Assembly (NCBI GenBank): GCA_051294905.1
Contig: CM119381.1
Coordinates: 16,430,001-16,494,000, forward strand
Direction: 5' to 3'
Origin: Botryllus schlosseri
Taxonomy: Eukaryota
DNA: 64,000 nucleotides
Every line of letters starts with the position of its first letter. The stretch's first letter is position 1. Both the position numbers and the translations under genes were made by a program. This document shows positions 40,201-52,285 of the stretch, in pieces. The notes beneath the pieces were generated by a model. That model saw only the letters and a program-made list of their open reading frames with translations. It had not been told where the DNA came from and searched no databases.

Positions 40201-43200
40201 AACAATTTCCAATACTACTTCAGATGGAAGTAGAAAATCAGGTTTTAAAAGTACTCAGAATTTTCAAAAAGCAGTCCAAACCGCTCCAAAAAAATGGAAC
40301 TGCGTTACTGACCTGACTGGTGAGTAGAATATTTGTGGTGGGAAATTTTGACACGACATACCTTGGCAAAAGCAGCAGCAGTCATCTGTACCCGGCCCTC
40401 ATCGGAGGCATAAATCTTCAAATCATGCCGGTACGTGCTGTGTAGCCGCAGCAAACCGCATCCGGGATATCCAGCATAGTCTCCTGCAACAAACAACGTA
40501 CTTATCGACAACTAAGCGTGAAACAACGTCATAATGTAACGCCGCCACGTCACACGTGTCATAAGCCTGATTCAAATCAGTGATGTCACGTCGATTCTGA
40601 CAATCGGAATAATTCGGGAATGCACGATTGCTCACGATCAAATTCATGCACAGACATGATGCGTTACAGCAAAATAACGGTAATTTTGAACACAATATAG
40701 TGTTAACAGTAATTTTGAACACGATATAGTGTTATTTACAACGGAGCCTCGTTTACTGGGGCATTGGCAAGATACTACAAGCTTGGAATTTCCAAAGAGA
40801 ACCCTTCGGAACGCATGGTTAATGTTCCAGCATGCCCCTGTTAGTTTTTCAAAACTAATAAGAACAGAGTGGTGTGCTAACATACTCGTACTGCTACCTA
40901 ACATGTTCCATCAGCAGCTCGCATCTACAATGGTAAAAGGTGATATCAAAGCCGTAGAAGACTGAAAAATCGGCCAATATCCTTCAGGAAATGCGATGCA
41001 CTATTAGCTTCACTACAAATAGGCTATCCAACATGTTTTTAAATCTTTAATTTATGAAAGTGGCCACTTTTGATATTTACTTAAATCTTTCGAAGAATGT
41101 TAGTTATTCAGTACTGGTCAAAATATATCCAGAATTTCGAGGGCTGGCTTTATATAATCTATTACATAAAATATCGGTTGTAGACAAAGACACTGATGGT
41201 TTGTGTTAGTGCGTTACACATAGGTACAAATTAATGAAGCAGTTACCACTAGATATGCATGTGTTTATTAATGTATTTATTACTATATTTCTTTTATTTA
41301 TATATTTATATAAACACTAAACAGTTAAGAAACACAAAGTGTTGTCAAGTGATGAACTAACACTTCTCAATTGTTCAATTGTAAGTGTTCTATCGCTAGT
41401 ACCGCTACATCACATTTACAGTACAGGGACAGAAATCTGATTGCTAACTGAAATCGATAGCATGCTTATAGAAGGATCCATCACAAAATCATGCCACAAA
41501 TGCAGATCCGGAATTCAAAGCACAAAGCCCGAACTATTTATCAATTACCTGTGAAATGTCCTTCCACTAGACAAATACCGAAAGAATCAGTTGAATTTCG
41601 ACTGTCAGAACACAAACTACACGAAGAACTTTTACCTTTGCCGCCCGGATACATGCACCGAAACGCACGGCCCAGGTCTTCCGCTTGCTTGCGGCCCGCC
41701 GGCGTCAGCTCTCCGCCCCATTTCAAAATCAGCAATAGCGTTGGCCTTTTCAGAGTCCTTGTGTCTGTGGCACGGAATTATTGAGTTATGATAATAGTGA
41801 AAACACATCGGAAATAACGATTTGTAAGAATAGCAGATGATCCTAGATTCAATTTTTCGTCTTTTGATTTCACATTCATTACAACCAGATCGTTTAGAGC
41901 TGTGGTTTTCAACCTGTGGGTCACAAAACCTGTTTCCCAATCAGGTCATGAGTGAGTCTGGTCTGACCTTATTTCATATTAAGTAATCAGCTTCCCAAAT
42001 ACACCATAAGTATGTCTGGGAAAAGTGCTGACCTTGTATTTTTTTCTCAATCAGCTTCCGAAACGGGGTGAGAGTAAGTCTCCAAGGGTGTGATCAAAGT
42101 TTTTTTAGAAATCAGCTTACCAAATTTAGAGTTGGGCCTCAAAACATTTCAAATCAGAAATCGAAACATAAAATAGTTGAAAACCGCTGATGTAGATAGA
42201 GTGTATTTGTTTGATACAGGTGTGATCAGACTAGTTGACCCTTTGGGTCATATCGATCTTTCCTATCCGAATACTGTGAATGAGTATTCTTTTGCATCAT
42301 CATAGATACTGTCTGCTTATTATGCATTTCAGTAGGATGAAGAAATAAAATCTCGCTAAGCAACAAGGTCAGACTAAAATGTTGCCAATTGGCAATAAAT
42401 GCGGGATGTTAATTCAAGGCGTATTCTAATCTTATATAGATTTTTGATGGTCTGATCAGTAACAACTAATTCTTATTATATCCCAATTGGCAATAAATGT
42501 GGGATGTTAATCCAAAGCGTATTCTAATCTTATAAAGACTTTTGATGGTCTGATCAGTAACAACTAATTCTTATTATTATCCATTAGTGTTTTCAAATTA
42601 GACATCTCACACATTTGAACAGCACTGAGGCAGTAAGCGCTAATGCAAAATACTTACGATCGCTATCGTCGGAACTAGAAGTGATGCTTTTACCGCCGGT
42701 CACTTCTTTGAACTGAACTTTCCGATTGATACCGGAGAAATGTCCATACCTAACGGCATTGGCGCAAGTTTCAAATGTATATTTTGGTACATATCACAAT
42801 TCATCAAACCCACATTTCAAGAACGGTCTTCAACTGCTCGAGTTTCTGATGCCTTTCGCACAAAATTTCGTTCGGCTCCGCCAGTAGATATCTCGCAACG
42901 TCCAATACTTCTTGCAGTTGTTTCGGACGCTTCAGTTTTAAGCATCCACTTTGTTGGCCGTTGTATTTGTGAAAAACATCGAAAAATCTGCGACAACGCG
43001 TACAGATAGCGATGATGCCAAAGCCTGACGCATTGTACACTGAACAGAGCTTACTTGAGATGCTGAACTTCCATTTTGAGCTTCTGCTTCGGAGTACGGT
43101 CGCCGTGTCGAATGACTGCTATCACACATCGGAGTTCCATCCTACAAGAAATTACAACTCTGATATAATACCAGCAATTGGCTCGGTGATTGTTTCCACA

Positions 43201-46200
43201 TATAAATCAATAAATTCCCTTCTTGAACTGCAAATGAAAAATCCAAGGCACACTCCTTTGCTGTGTGATACTCAAAAGTTATTATTTATCCAAAAGCACA
43301 AAGGTGGTCGGTAATAAAGTACATCTGCTTTTTCAGATAACTCAAAAGACATTAGATTATTTATTAGAGCAATGTTGATATTTGTGATAGTATTGAAGTG
43401 GAAATACATACTACGATACTTTTTGAACCTTCGCGTTTACAGAGCAACTTTTGGATATGGCTACATCAATTATATTATATAAAGCAAACAACGGAGAATT
43501 CTTTTCAACCCTGTCGCTCTTTACTTTGATCAGCGTGACATATCGTCCGTAGAATCAATACCGGTATCTAGAAAGTGCACACATTTGAAAGTTTTAATGC
43601 AAGTTCAAGGTCAACAATTATATGTTTGAACGTTTTCAAGCGTCATCATCCGTCAGACAAATAACAGCCTGCAAACCGTACTCACATCGTTCCTGACGTC
43701 GTAGGCACGATCGGTATTTCATCGTCGGTGGGTATGGACCACGGAATATGAAATTGCGGCGCTAGATTTCGTATTATTATATTTCTGAAACAGAATCGGC
43801 CGTGGTTATAAGCACTTGCACCAATTCCAGCGGAACCAAAAAAAGATAAAACGATCGCAACGCTTACCCGAGAACTTTCGCACAGTCGTCATAATATTTT
43901 CTGGCGTTCTTCACAAAACTAAAACCATTCACGTCGCACACGTATGACTTTCCGTGAGCCCGCAAGAAATCGAATCCGCACACGGTTTGCTGCAAGACAA
44001 AAGAAATGATCGGAGTTGGTCAGTAAAGAAGTACTTTTCAGTACAACACGTTTTCAGACAAAACAATAAGTGTTTTCTACTTGCACTGCATACTCAAGTG
44101 GTGATGTTTTCAGACTGCTCGCATTTCTTGACAACTTATCCATCAAGATTAGCTACATTTTGCACTTATGGTTATTGCAGCAAACAATACGTTCATATTG
44201 TTAAATTTATTCCACTGGAAGCTTTTCGACTGGCTCTCTTCAGCAGTGAACGCCAGTAAATGAGGTTAACCAAGTTCGGAATATAGAAAGAATTTTGTCG
44301 TTGTGACGTAATAATGACAAGTACACAAGTCGCGAACGACAGTACTTGTCATTATTACGTCATTATTGTGTACTTGACATTATTACGTCACAACGACAAA
44401 ATTCTTTCTATATTCCGAACCTGGTTAACCTCATTTACTGGCGTTCAATGCTGAAGAGAGCCAGTCGAAAAGCTTCCAGTGGAATAAATTTAACAATATG
44501 AACATATCGTTTGCTGCTATATTGAAGTTCTGTACTTCGTAAGGCCTACTTATGGTTGTTTAAAGCAGAAAGCAATTTTGGGATATGTTTGCATTACCCC
44601 TATGAGTGAAACAGCCCTGAATATGTTTGAAAATTGCGCAAACTTGCAATGTCATTTATCAGTCTTTTTGAGTCAGTGATACGAAAGTAACCACCTCCGA
44701 TTAACAATTAAAAGTACGCGATGCCATGGCCTAATCATGAGAAGTCTTCATACCACTAATTTTTACTTCCACTCAGAGCAGATTTGGCAGGACTTGGGAA
44801 TGGCTATTTCTATCTGTAATTGAGAATGAATTTACTGCGATGGTTCTCGTTCAATATCAACGCTGACTACTTTGCACCTTGACCACCGCTAGAGATGACT
44901 TCGTCGGCTGGAGTTCGTCCGATATGAACGCGGAACGTATCAAGAAAAAGGGGATCTGTCAATTCTACCTTGAAAGCCAAACAGACTTTTCGCGCTATCA
45001 ATTTTTCCTTCGCCGACAGAATGACGGGAAAGCGAACTTCCTTCCCGTCCTTATCCCGTTCAACCTTTCCATCGAGGGCCGGCGATTTTCTGGCTTCCGC
45101 GTGAGCGTACTCGGGCCCGACAGTGTAAACCTGAAGGATAGAATAGAGATTTATGTAGCTCCGCTGCAAACAGCACCAAGTAGAAAAAGGCAGGTAAATC
45201 ATCGTAATTAAAAGACAGTGGCATACACTCACACAGAGAAGTGTTCAGTAACGAAGTACTTCTACCATTTCAAGGTGCTCAAATAGGTTTTGCCAACTTG
45301 CAACTGACTCAAGTTGATCCATTTTAACACTGATTACTACTTCCACTTCACAGTTTTTCAGCTAACACTACTCGCTTGTAATTGAGCGGAATTCAGAGCG
45401 TAACTTCTACTTTCATTGAGTACTTTGACTACTAAGGTCTTGTCCAAAATTCGTGAAATTTAAAAAATTCTGCATTGTTAAGTATCATTCTGTATGTAGA
45501 TTATCAATAAAAAGCATCAATGACCCGGCAAGAAGCTCATGGGAACGTCTTTTCCTTTCGCAAGAAACGTTTGAAAATAGCTGACCAAGGAACACGGAAT
45601 CACGGGTCTTGATTGGATAATCGATTATGGTTCAATGGAACTACTGCACGGCTTCAATTTCTTTCTATTTGTTTTATATCCCTCCTAGCAAGCATTCGTT
45701 GTGATCTAACAGGTAATGATTTATGATTCATTCGATACATGTTGAGTTGCAAGGTACATGATGAACAAGTTTAACACCTGCTTCATAAATGCCTTTAAAG
45801 AATGACCGGATAATGCGAAGGAAACAGCTGTACATGCCTTGCGTTCACCGGGAAAGCAAGGAAACCAGAGAATATTGCAAAGGCCCTTATACAAGTGGCG
45901 AGCAAATTTCATAATTCAGAGCTGGTCCATAATCATTGAATACAAAGATAAAGCTTAACAAGGCGGTACTTTGTCTGATCTTATTCAGTCTAAGCCCTGG
46001 TATGTCATTGAGTTTTTGAATGCTCTGGGGATTGGCTGTAACAGCCGTTAGATGTCTGGCACTTATCAGATTCTCACAAGAAGTTAATTCCTAGGAAAGT
46101 GAGCTGTCACTCAAAGAACTAAACAGCAAGTCTCCGTCGTGATCATTGAAGCATAGGCCATTAGCCAATCAAGAGCCGTGATTCCGTGTTTGCTAGTCAC

Positions 46201-49200
46201 GTCCTCTCTTCGGCAGCTACTATCAAACGCCTTGCAGAAAATGCGAGCTTCTTGCTGGCTTGTCAATGCTTCCTGTCAATAATCTATCGAATGCGACATT
46301 GCAGCACAGCATTTTTGAAATTTTGGACAACCCTCTTGACCACCACTGGCTGCATACAAGACTAGACGTTATTACCTTTACATCGGTACCGTCCGTGGGC
46401 ATGAATTCTTCAAAAATATATGACCCGGATTTTCTTATAGAACTGTGAGAGGAATATTGACTGCTACGATTTCCTACCTGAAAAGCAAAGAGAAGCAGGT
46501 TACATGGATATAAATATTCAGTAATAAACATATTTTATCTATACGAAACACTTACTTACTTAGCTGACGATTGCCCGTGAAGAGTGTCAGATTGAAAAGC
46601 GTCGGGTTCTAATATATTTACATGATGAATATATTATTGAAACGTAGGCCCTATATTAAAATAACTTAGCTGATGACAGAAACAGAACCAAGCTGCACCA
46701 AAGAAACTGATTTTCAATATACAAACTAGGCAACAAAGGGCATCGCTGGCGAATTCAATTGACCAATTGAGCAACTAAAAACACTACGAATGTTTGTTGG
46801 ATTCGTAAAAGGAATTCCGATTTGTTTCATGGTTGCAGTTTGCATATTTGGATTCAGTAATTGCTTTAGAGCACTGTTTCTTAACATTTTTAGCGATTCG
46901 TAACCGCTTGAGGTTTAAATAAAATTTATCTGTTCCTTTCCAACACAACCTCTGATGGTACTTATATTGAAATCACAAACACCATTGACTAAATTTGCCC
47001 AAAAAATATTCCACTGTTTGCGGGTTCACAAAATAATTTAGGGCTCAAGATAGCGTATAGGGCTAATTCAAAAGTGCATCGCGTACCCACTGATTTGGTG
47101 CTTCATGCCCCAAGAAGTTCAGGGACCCATGGCTATGAACCCATGATTTAGAGAAAAGCAGTCTTCACTCAATCATCATCGAATATCATTCTCAGTTATT
47201 GATGACATTTCATCATGGCCAATGTATCAATTTAGTTCAATAGCCTACAGAAGTAAATTCAAGGCGTACTTTTCGGAATAACTTTTGGCATCCACCACCA
47301 GCTGATGAAGGGTAATAAATGTGAATGTTATGATCCTCAGCGTCTATCGGCTTCTCAACAAAAGGTTTATGAAACGTTTCGTCACCAATCACAATATGGT
47401 CATCAAATTCCTCGAAGTTTTGTTCAGCTTAAATTCAAAACGTCATTCATTAATTGTTGGACGAAGTTGCATGACAACATCCTCCATACCTTCATCTCCG
47501 TTCCTATTGCAGACTGCATACCTTGGAGTTTCAATACCATTCTCTTTCAGAATTTGATAGACTTTCCTGCGGTCTTGAATCGAAAATTGTATGTCGAGGT
47601 CGTTGATTAAGAAAGGCTTCCGGAGTTTCGCATATTCAACAGCCTTATCAAGTGGAAAGCCTGCGAATGCATTAGTTATGATGTAGTGGGAGTCCAAGAC
47701 AAAAACTACATCCAAATCGAGTAGCATAAAAAAAATCAAGCTGAAATCTAGTTCCACAAGAAGACCACAATATTTTTAAAACAAAGAGTAAATAATTTTT
47801 TTGTGAAATGGTGATCAACGATACAACTGCTGGATCATCAAGTCACTAGGTAACAAATATAATTATGATAATTATTATAAAGGTAGATGATATGTAAGAA
47901 ATATAGATACATGTAATGGGGCCTTGGCCTACAATGACTTATCATCTTCTCAGATTCGTAGGCCTAAGTTGCAAGAATGCAATATTAACAGCATCTACCC
48001 ACGCGACCCTGGTTCAAGTCTCGTTGTCGACGGTTATTCTGGGCCCCTCCTACCCCGTGTCACTGTTGTCACGGCGACAAAAAAGTCCCGATAAAGTAAG
48101 AAAAAAAGCAAGAAATAGCTTAAAAAAGCACCGACGAAGAAAGATCATCTTCGAAGAACACTGTGACTTCGGGCGATAGGTCAACGTGAATGCCAGTTTA
48201 AGAGACCCCAACTGGTCATTCGTTCGGCATCCCCCTATTTGTTCATTATATGACATTGTGTGTCTTGTATATCGCATTGTAGGCTACATTGTGTGTGTGT
48301 CTGGGCAGATGAAAATATAAAATGACGATTATTGACTGATTAACAAATGTGGATATTTATAATAGTATTATATATATTTGACGAGACCTACTTACTGTTG
48401 TCAGTCAAGCTGGATGAACATGGAAACTACGACATACAAAGACAAGGCAAACAAAAAATTTTTGATTTGGTAATCAAAGTAACAAAAATTATCTACAAAA
48501 CAATAATTTTGGAATCTGAAATATGGTAGCCCTAATATAGTGAAATGTCATTTATTTTTCAAAAATATCATCAGTGGTTCTTCAAAGAATATCAACGTGA
48601 AGTTTCAGACTGTAGGCCAATAACTCTCAGTAAACCAAGCGAGAAAAAAAAAGTATCGGAGCAACATAACCAGCGTGACACATGGTCAATCTACTAACAG
48701 CAAAAACATCAGTAACAGCTGAACAAAGAAGAAATCAACCGAAAATATGTACCTGACGAGTGAAAAGAAATCAAGCAGTCGCACAGCGGCCATTCTTCGA
48801 CTGGACAGTCGAGTATCGTATCTTGACTGAAAACTTCAATTGTAAGATACTCAAATAAACCGAGTCTGCTCAGGATTTCTCTCATCGGCCGAGCGGCAAC
48901 TTTCTTGTCCATGGCACATATTCCAACCACAATCTTTTTACGATTGCCCTGTACATAGATATACCAGACTACATCACTAACGTTAACCCAACGCTCAAAT
49001 ACAATGTAAACCGATGTTACATATACAATATCCCCCTACCGACAAAAGCTCTGGGCAATATAACAAACAACTCATGCAGATCGTCAAAATCAATAGAACC
49101 AAATTCACACAACAAATAGGCTCACCGATGACCGTCTCATCATGGAACGTTCAGAATGACCATACGCACCAAATGCAGGATTACCACTGGAGACTGATAT

Positions 49201-50754
49201 CTCATGCAAGGATCTTTAGCATGGGCCTAATAGTATTTCTTCTCCAGCCAATTGCTATTATTGCCTCGTATCTTAGCATAAACTAGTAGCATTACATTGA
49301 GGGTGATGCTACCGTTGAAACTAACAAGAGAATGCAGTAGCCTTATATGCTTTCAACAACTTACGAGCTGATGGAGAAATCAATATGACATACGGCTATC
49401 GATCTGATAGTCATTTACTGCTATTGCTCAGTCACTAAAAGCATCAATTGCAGCAGGATAGCAAGCTACTTCAGAAAGGTTAGATATGAGCAGCGAACAA
49501 ATTACTTGCGACATCATACTCACAAGTGACATTTTAAGGCTAGAGATTATCGGTAATTCATCGCAGCTATATTTCATGGTGTCACTACAGCAATGATAGG
49601 CATGCCCAGGTATTAGTTAACTTGTGGAAAATATTACCATTCAACCTGGTGAAGAATCAAAGTATAGTTCTTTAGTAATTTTACTGATCTACATGTATGA
49701 CTATGGCTGGCAATGTTGCTTGATAACAGAAGACTAGGGCTGGGCACAATGATTCGAGTACTCGAATCTGAATCGAGTATTAATTTTGATGATTCGAGTC
49801 GAGTAGTAAAAGATGATTTTTTCGAGTACTGAAATTATACGCTCCTCGCAACTGAAAGTTAATTTACTAACGAGAGTTATAGTTTTGGTAATATTTTACA
49901 ATGAGGAAGCATTAAAACCTTGATTGGCGGCATCTCAGCATACGAGACATAGTACAAAGCTAGGAACGTTACTGGAAATAACACATTTCCGAAGTCATGA
50001 TCATCCCACCACATTGTCAAGAAGTGCAATGAAATCGGTATGGTCGAAAAAATACCAAAGTATCTTCAATGTGACGGATAAGAGGCATTATGTTCTTCGT
50101 GGTGGCATAAAAGGTACATATTTTAACTTTGACATAGTACATTCGGTTGTGACGTCATAATGAGTGATACTCGAATACTCGACTCGACTCGGAGCATTTT
50201 ACGTGATTCAGAATCGAATCACCCAGGTACTCGATTTTGCCCAGCCCTACAGAAGACATAAAAGTTTAAATGTATTTCACAAGTAATAGGCTTAGCAGTT
50301 GCTAAAATTGATCCGTAAAAATGAGCTGTAAGCTAGACATTACTTTCACCAACTACTTTCGACTGGTTACATAATTTAGCTGCTAGCACTTGTGATAGCA
50401 GTTAACAACTATCCGGATACAGAAGGCAATTCACTGCTTTAATTATTCTGCAATATAAATCTAACAAACAATCCCTTTCAACTCTCCAGCACACACATGA
50501 TACAATTAAGCCTACTGCTTTCAGTAATAGCCTAAATCCCAGATGACTATCCAGTAGGAAATGGAAACAGGCTTTAATAGGTCTAATAGGAATTAGAAAG
50601 TACTCACCATACACATGTCCTCATCATCATAGTAGGATTGTTGATGCAGGAATTGCTGAGAAGCTGTGTTAGCCTGAGGCATTGCATAGTTTGTTTCACT
50701 TTCATCTTCGCCAATGAAGAAGGCTGCTTCATGTTTATTCACTTTATCACTCAT
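25275..50754 (-). CDS. PPIP5K: Inositol hexakisphosphate/diphosphoinositol-pentakisphosphate kinase (PPIP5K/VIP1), at least 25 exons
   Basis: Exons 50754-50608 ([18 protein letters not shown]), 48948-48753, 47660-47490, 47427-47270, 46477-46376, 45130-44969, 43989-43868, 43784-43686, 43141-43055 (RHGDRTP), 42987-42814, 42749-42658, 41764-41636, 40483-40362, 38792-38677, 36442-36385, 33541-33400, 33318-33189, 32635-32542, 32453-32329, 31936-31822, 31747-31673, 30731-30570, 28802-28559, 26200-26084, 26009-25912 ([15 protein letters not shown]). All GT-AG, phases consistent. Final exon(s) about 25635-25275 are uncertain. Confidence 0.95.
29017..29275 (-). mobile_element. MetaSINE-like tRNA SINE, copy 2
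   Basis: A box tagcgcaacgg, B box ggttcgatcc, then gggtcataccaaagacc...ctggtat; body shared with 55713-56018. Confidence 0.75.
29373..30183 (+). mobile_element. Internally deleted hAT transposon retaining the C-terminal dimerisation-domain coding region
   Basis: TIR-like tagggctacttttt / aaaaaactcgcccta; ORF 29623-29907 [33 protein letters not shown] resembles the hAT dimerisation motif (ERSFS...R). Confidence 0.75.
31163..31206 (+). ncRNA. Minimal type I hammerhead ribozyme, family 1 (intact core)
   Basis: gctgac-gatt-accc-CTGACGA-g-tatcagc-c-GAAA-atat-TC-gggt: stem I accc/gggt, 1-bp stem II, palindromic AATATT stem III, predicted cleavage after C31202. Confidence 0.8.
35961..36031 (-). 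ncRNA. Degenerate hammerhead family 1 copy
   Basis: Minus: attaccc-ATAACGA-atgtcagcc-GAAA-atat-TG-gggttcatttcaatatgaatacactattcaattg; core mutated. Confidence 0.65.
37662..38116. mobile_element. MITE family C copy
   Basis: cagggtggtaatgact...ggtcacaaccctg; homologous to 62177-62695. Confidence 0.8.
38833..40080. mobile_element. MITE family C copy carrying a nested Charlie-like MITE
   Basis: GAGTC-rich family C sequence on both sides of 38925-39598. Confidence 0.75.
38925..39598. mobile_element. Charlie-like hAT MITE nested in family C
   Basis: cagtggttcccaacc...ggttgggaaccactg; exact 8-bp TSD gagtagag (38917-38924, 39599-39606). Confidence 0.9.
41899..42190. mobile_element. Charlie-like MITE with AATCAGCTT repeats
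   Basis: ctgtggttttcaacc...agttgaaaaccgctg imperfect TIR; TSD not clear. Confidence 0.6.
42385..42583. repeat. Two-copy 98-bp tandem duplication
   Basis: ccaattggcaataaatg...aactaattcttatta at 42385 and 42483, few mismatches. Confidence 0.9.
44213..44257 (-). ncRNA. Minimal type I hammerhead ribozyme, family 2 (intact; sense to PPIP5K pre-mRNA)
   Basis: Minus: actggc-gtt-cactg-CTGAAGA-g-agccagt-c-GAAA-agct-TC-cagtg: perfect 5-bp stem I, palindromic AAGCTT stem III. Confidence 0.85.
44437..44481 (+). ncRNA. Minimal type I hammerhead ribozyme, family 2 (intact core, one stem I mismatch)
   Basis: actggc-gtt-caatg-CTGAAGA-g-agccagt-c-GAAA-agct-TC-cagtg. Confidence 0.8.
46563..46607 (+). ncRNA. 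Diverged hammerhead family 1 copy
   Basis: gctgac-gatt-gccc-GTGAAGA-gtgtcagatt-GAAA-agcg-TC-gggt; C3>G and stem III palindrome broken. Confidence 0.65.
49735..50249. mobile_element. hAT-type MITE family F (TAGGGCTGGGC; GAGTACTCGA repeats)
   Basis: Exact 8-bp TSD cagaagac (49727-49734, 50250-50257); partial relatives at about 37432-37570 and about 28040-28475. Confidence 0.9.
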
Positions 50755-52229
50755 TGTTCTTTCAGATCACTCTCAATTTCAATGATTCATGGCAGAAGAG
50801 GCCAGGCTTCAAGTCACATTATGGTGTTCTTACATGGCTGTGGCATTGCTGAGATAAGAGAGTTGATAATTATTCAGTGTCATTCACTGGATTTCCACCT
50901 CCTAAATATCCAACTGCACCGTACTGACGCATTCGTCTACCAGGCAATACCTTGAATAAAACTCAATGATACCTTATTCTGAATACTGCAATCAGCGCTG
51001 CAATGTAAGCCTATAGTAAGTTAATAACAATAGTGCAACATCGTAATTGCATACCTACACTACTCCGAGAAGTTACAGATTACAGTTATAACTCAATGCA
51101 GATCAATACTGTATGATTACCAAAATAATTTGAAGTTTCTTAAAACTGACTGCATATATCTTGAGTCAGTAAAAATAGAATGAACCAATTGTAGAAGTGA
51201 AAATGTGACTAGCAATTGATGGTTGACCTGAATCTATACTTTACAAAACTACTAAACAGAGTACCAAGCCTGTTATTTTATACTTCAAGTAGTTCATTTT
51301 ATTTTACTTCTACTTCTACTTGAGTAACGACAGTTTAAACTGGCTACAACTGTTACAGCTCATTTGATACTAAGTTCAAAAAACAAAATAAATTATGACT
51401 GTCGTATCAATCAAATACTTTATCAACACTTTGCCGCAGTGTGTTAGGAGGACGACTTTTACTCATGACTGACAGTGACTGGAGTAGGCCTATGTGGCCA
51501 TTTCAGATTAGAACATACATTGTTGATTGTTCAAAATACAAATGTTCGTTATCGTTATAAGTTTCATACAGCACCTGAATAGCAACTGTTGCAAATTGCA
51601 AAGCCACCAAGACGATACGGAGAGCTATTCAGCGTTTCCTGATAGGAGCATATAATATACGAATACGACTACCGCAGCATCTGCGTTGGGAAATGAAGCT
51701 CGGAAATCACGGTCTGTTATTGTAAATATAGCCATCGTATCGTTATGTGTTTTCACTTGCGTCATATCCAAATGTCTCATTTGGGTCATAGTACTACTAG
51801 GCCGAGGAGGATATTAGATCAACTAGGTCGTTTCGACAACCGCCGATATATTTATTACATACCTTCGAAGTGCCTCTACTCTAGCAAAGCCACTCATGGC
51901 ATGAGTTGAATGACTTTGGTCTCTCCACTAATGTACATTGTACGTACAATAACAAATCCACTGCACTTAGAACCTGCGAGCACCACCTGCCGGACTCCAC
52001 CAACAGCAACTTCACATTTATCATGACGATGCCTATGTCACATCCGCATTCCGCACCATCCTCCAAGAATCTAGTTGCCGGCACTGTACCACATCGGACG
52101 GATTAATTCTCCAGTCCTCGTGAGTTATTGATCGACGTGATCGTAATTCTCACATGACCAAACTCCATCAGTGTCATAAGAATGATTACATTTATCACTT
52201 GGGCAAGTAAGGAATACTGAGAGTACGAA

Positions 52230-52285
52230 TATTGGATCATAGCAATTTATAGTGTAGCTACGATGTAAATTGCTATGATCGGATA
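52230..52285. other. Stand-alone stem-loop with a 15-bp perfect stem
   Basis: gatcatagcaattta (52235-52249) / taaattgctatgatc (52266-52280), with further imperfect pairing inside and outside. Confidence 0.7.

Larger units (their letters stand above)
44177..44517. mobile_element. Inverted pair of about 152-bp hammerhead-bearing repeats (Penelope-like pLTR remnant)
   Basis: 44177-44328 is the near-perfect reverse complement of 44365-44517; each arm contains a hammerhead followed by AATAAA. Confidence 0.8.

Noticed and set aside
46665-46700. Other CTGATGA...GAAA spacings (46671, 7043, 20886, 48570, and TTGATGA at 1810)
   Set aside because: They lack a closing stem I or stem II pair or the UH site, so they are not hammerheads.
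49184-49205. Alternative PPIP5K first exon MRYQSPV|gt
   Set aside because: The exon at 50754-50608 is in phase and matches the PPIP5K N-terminus (FFIGEDE...acidic); this shorter one has no support.
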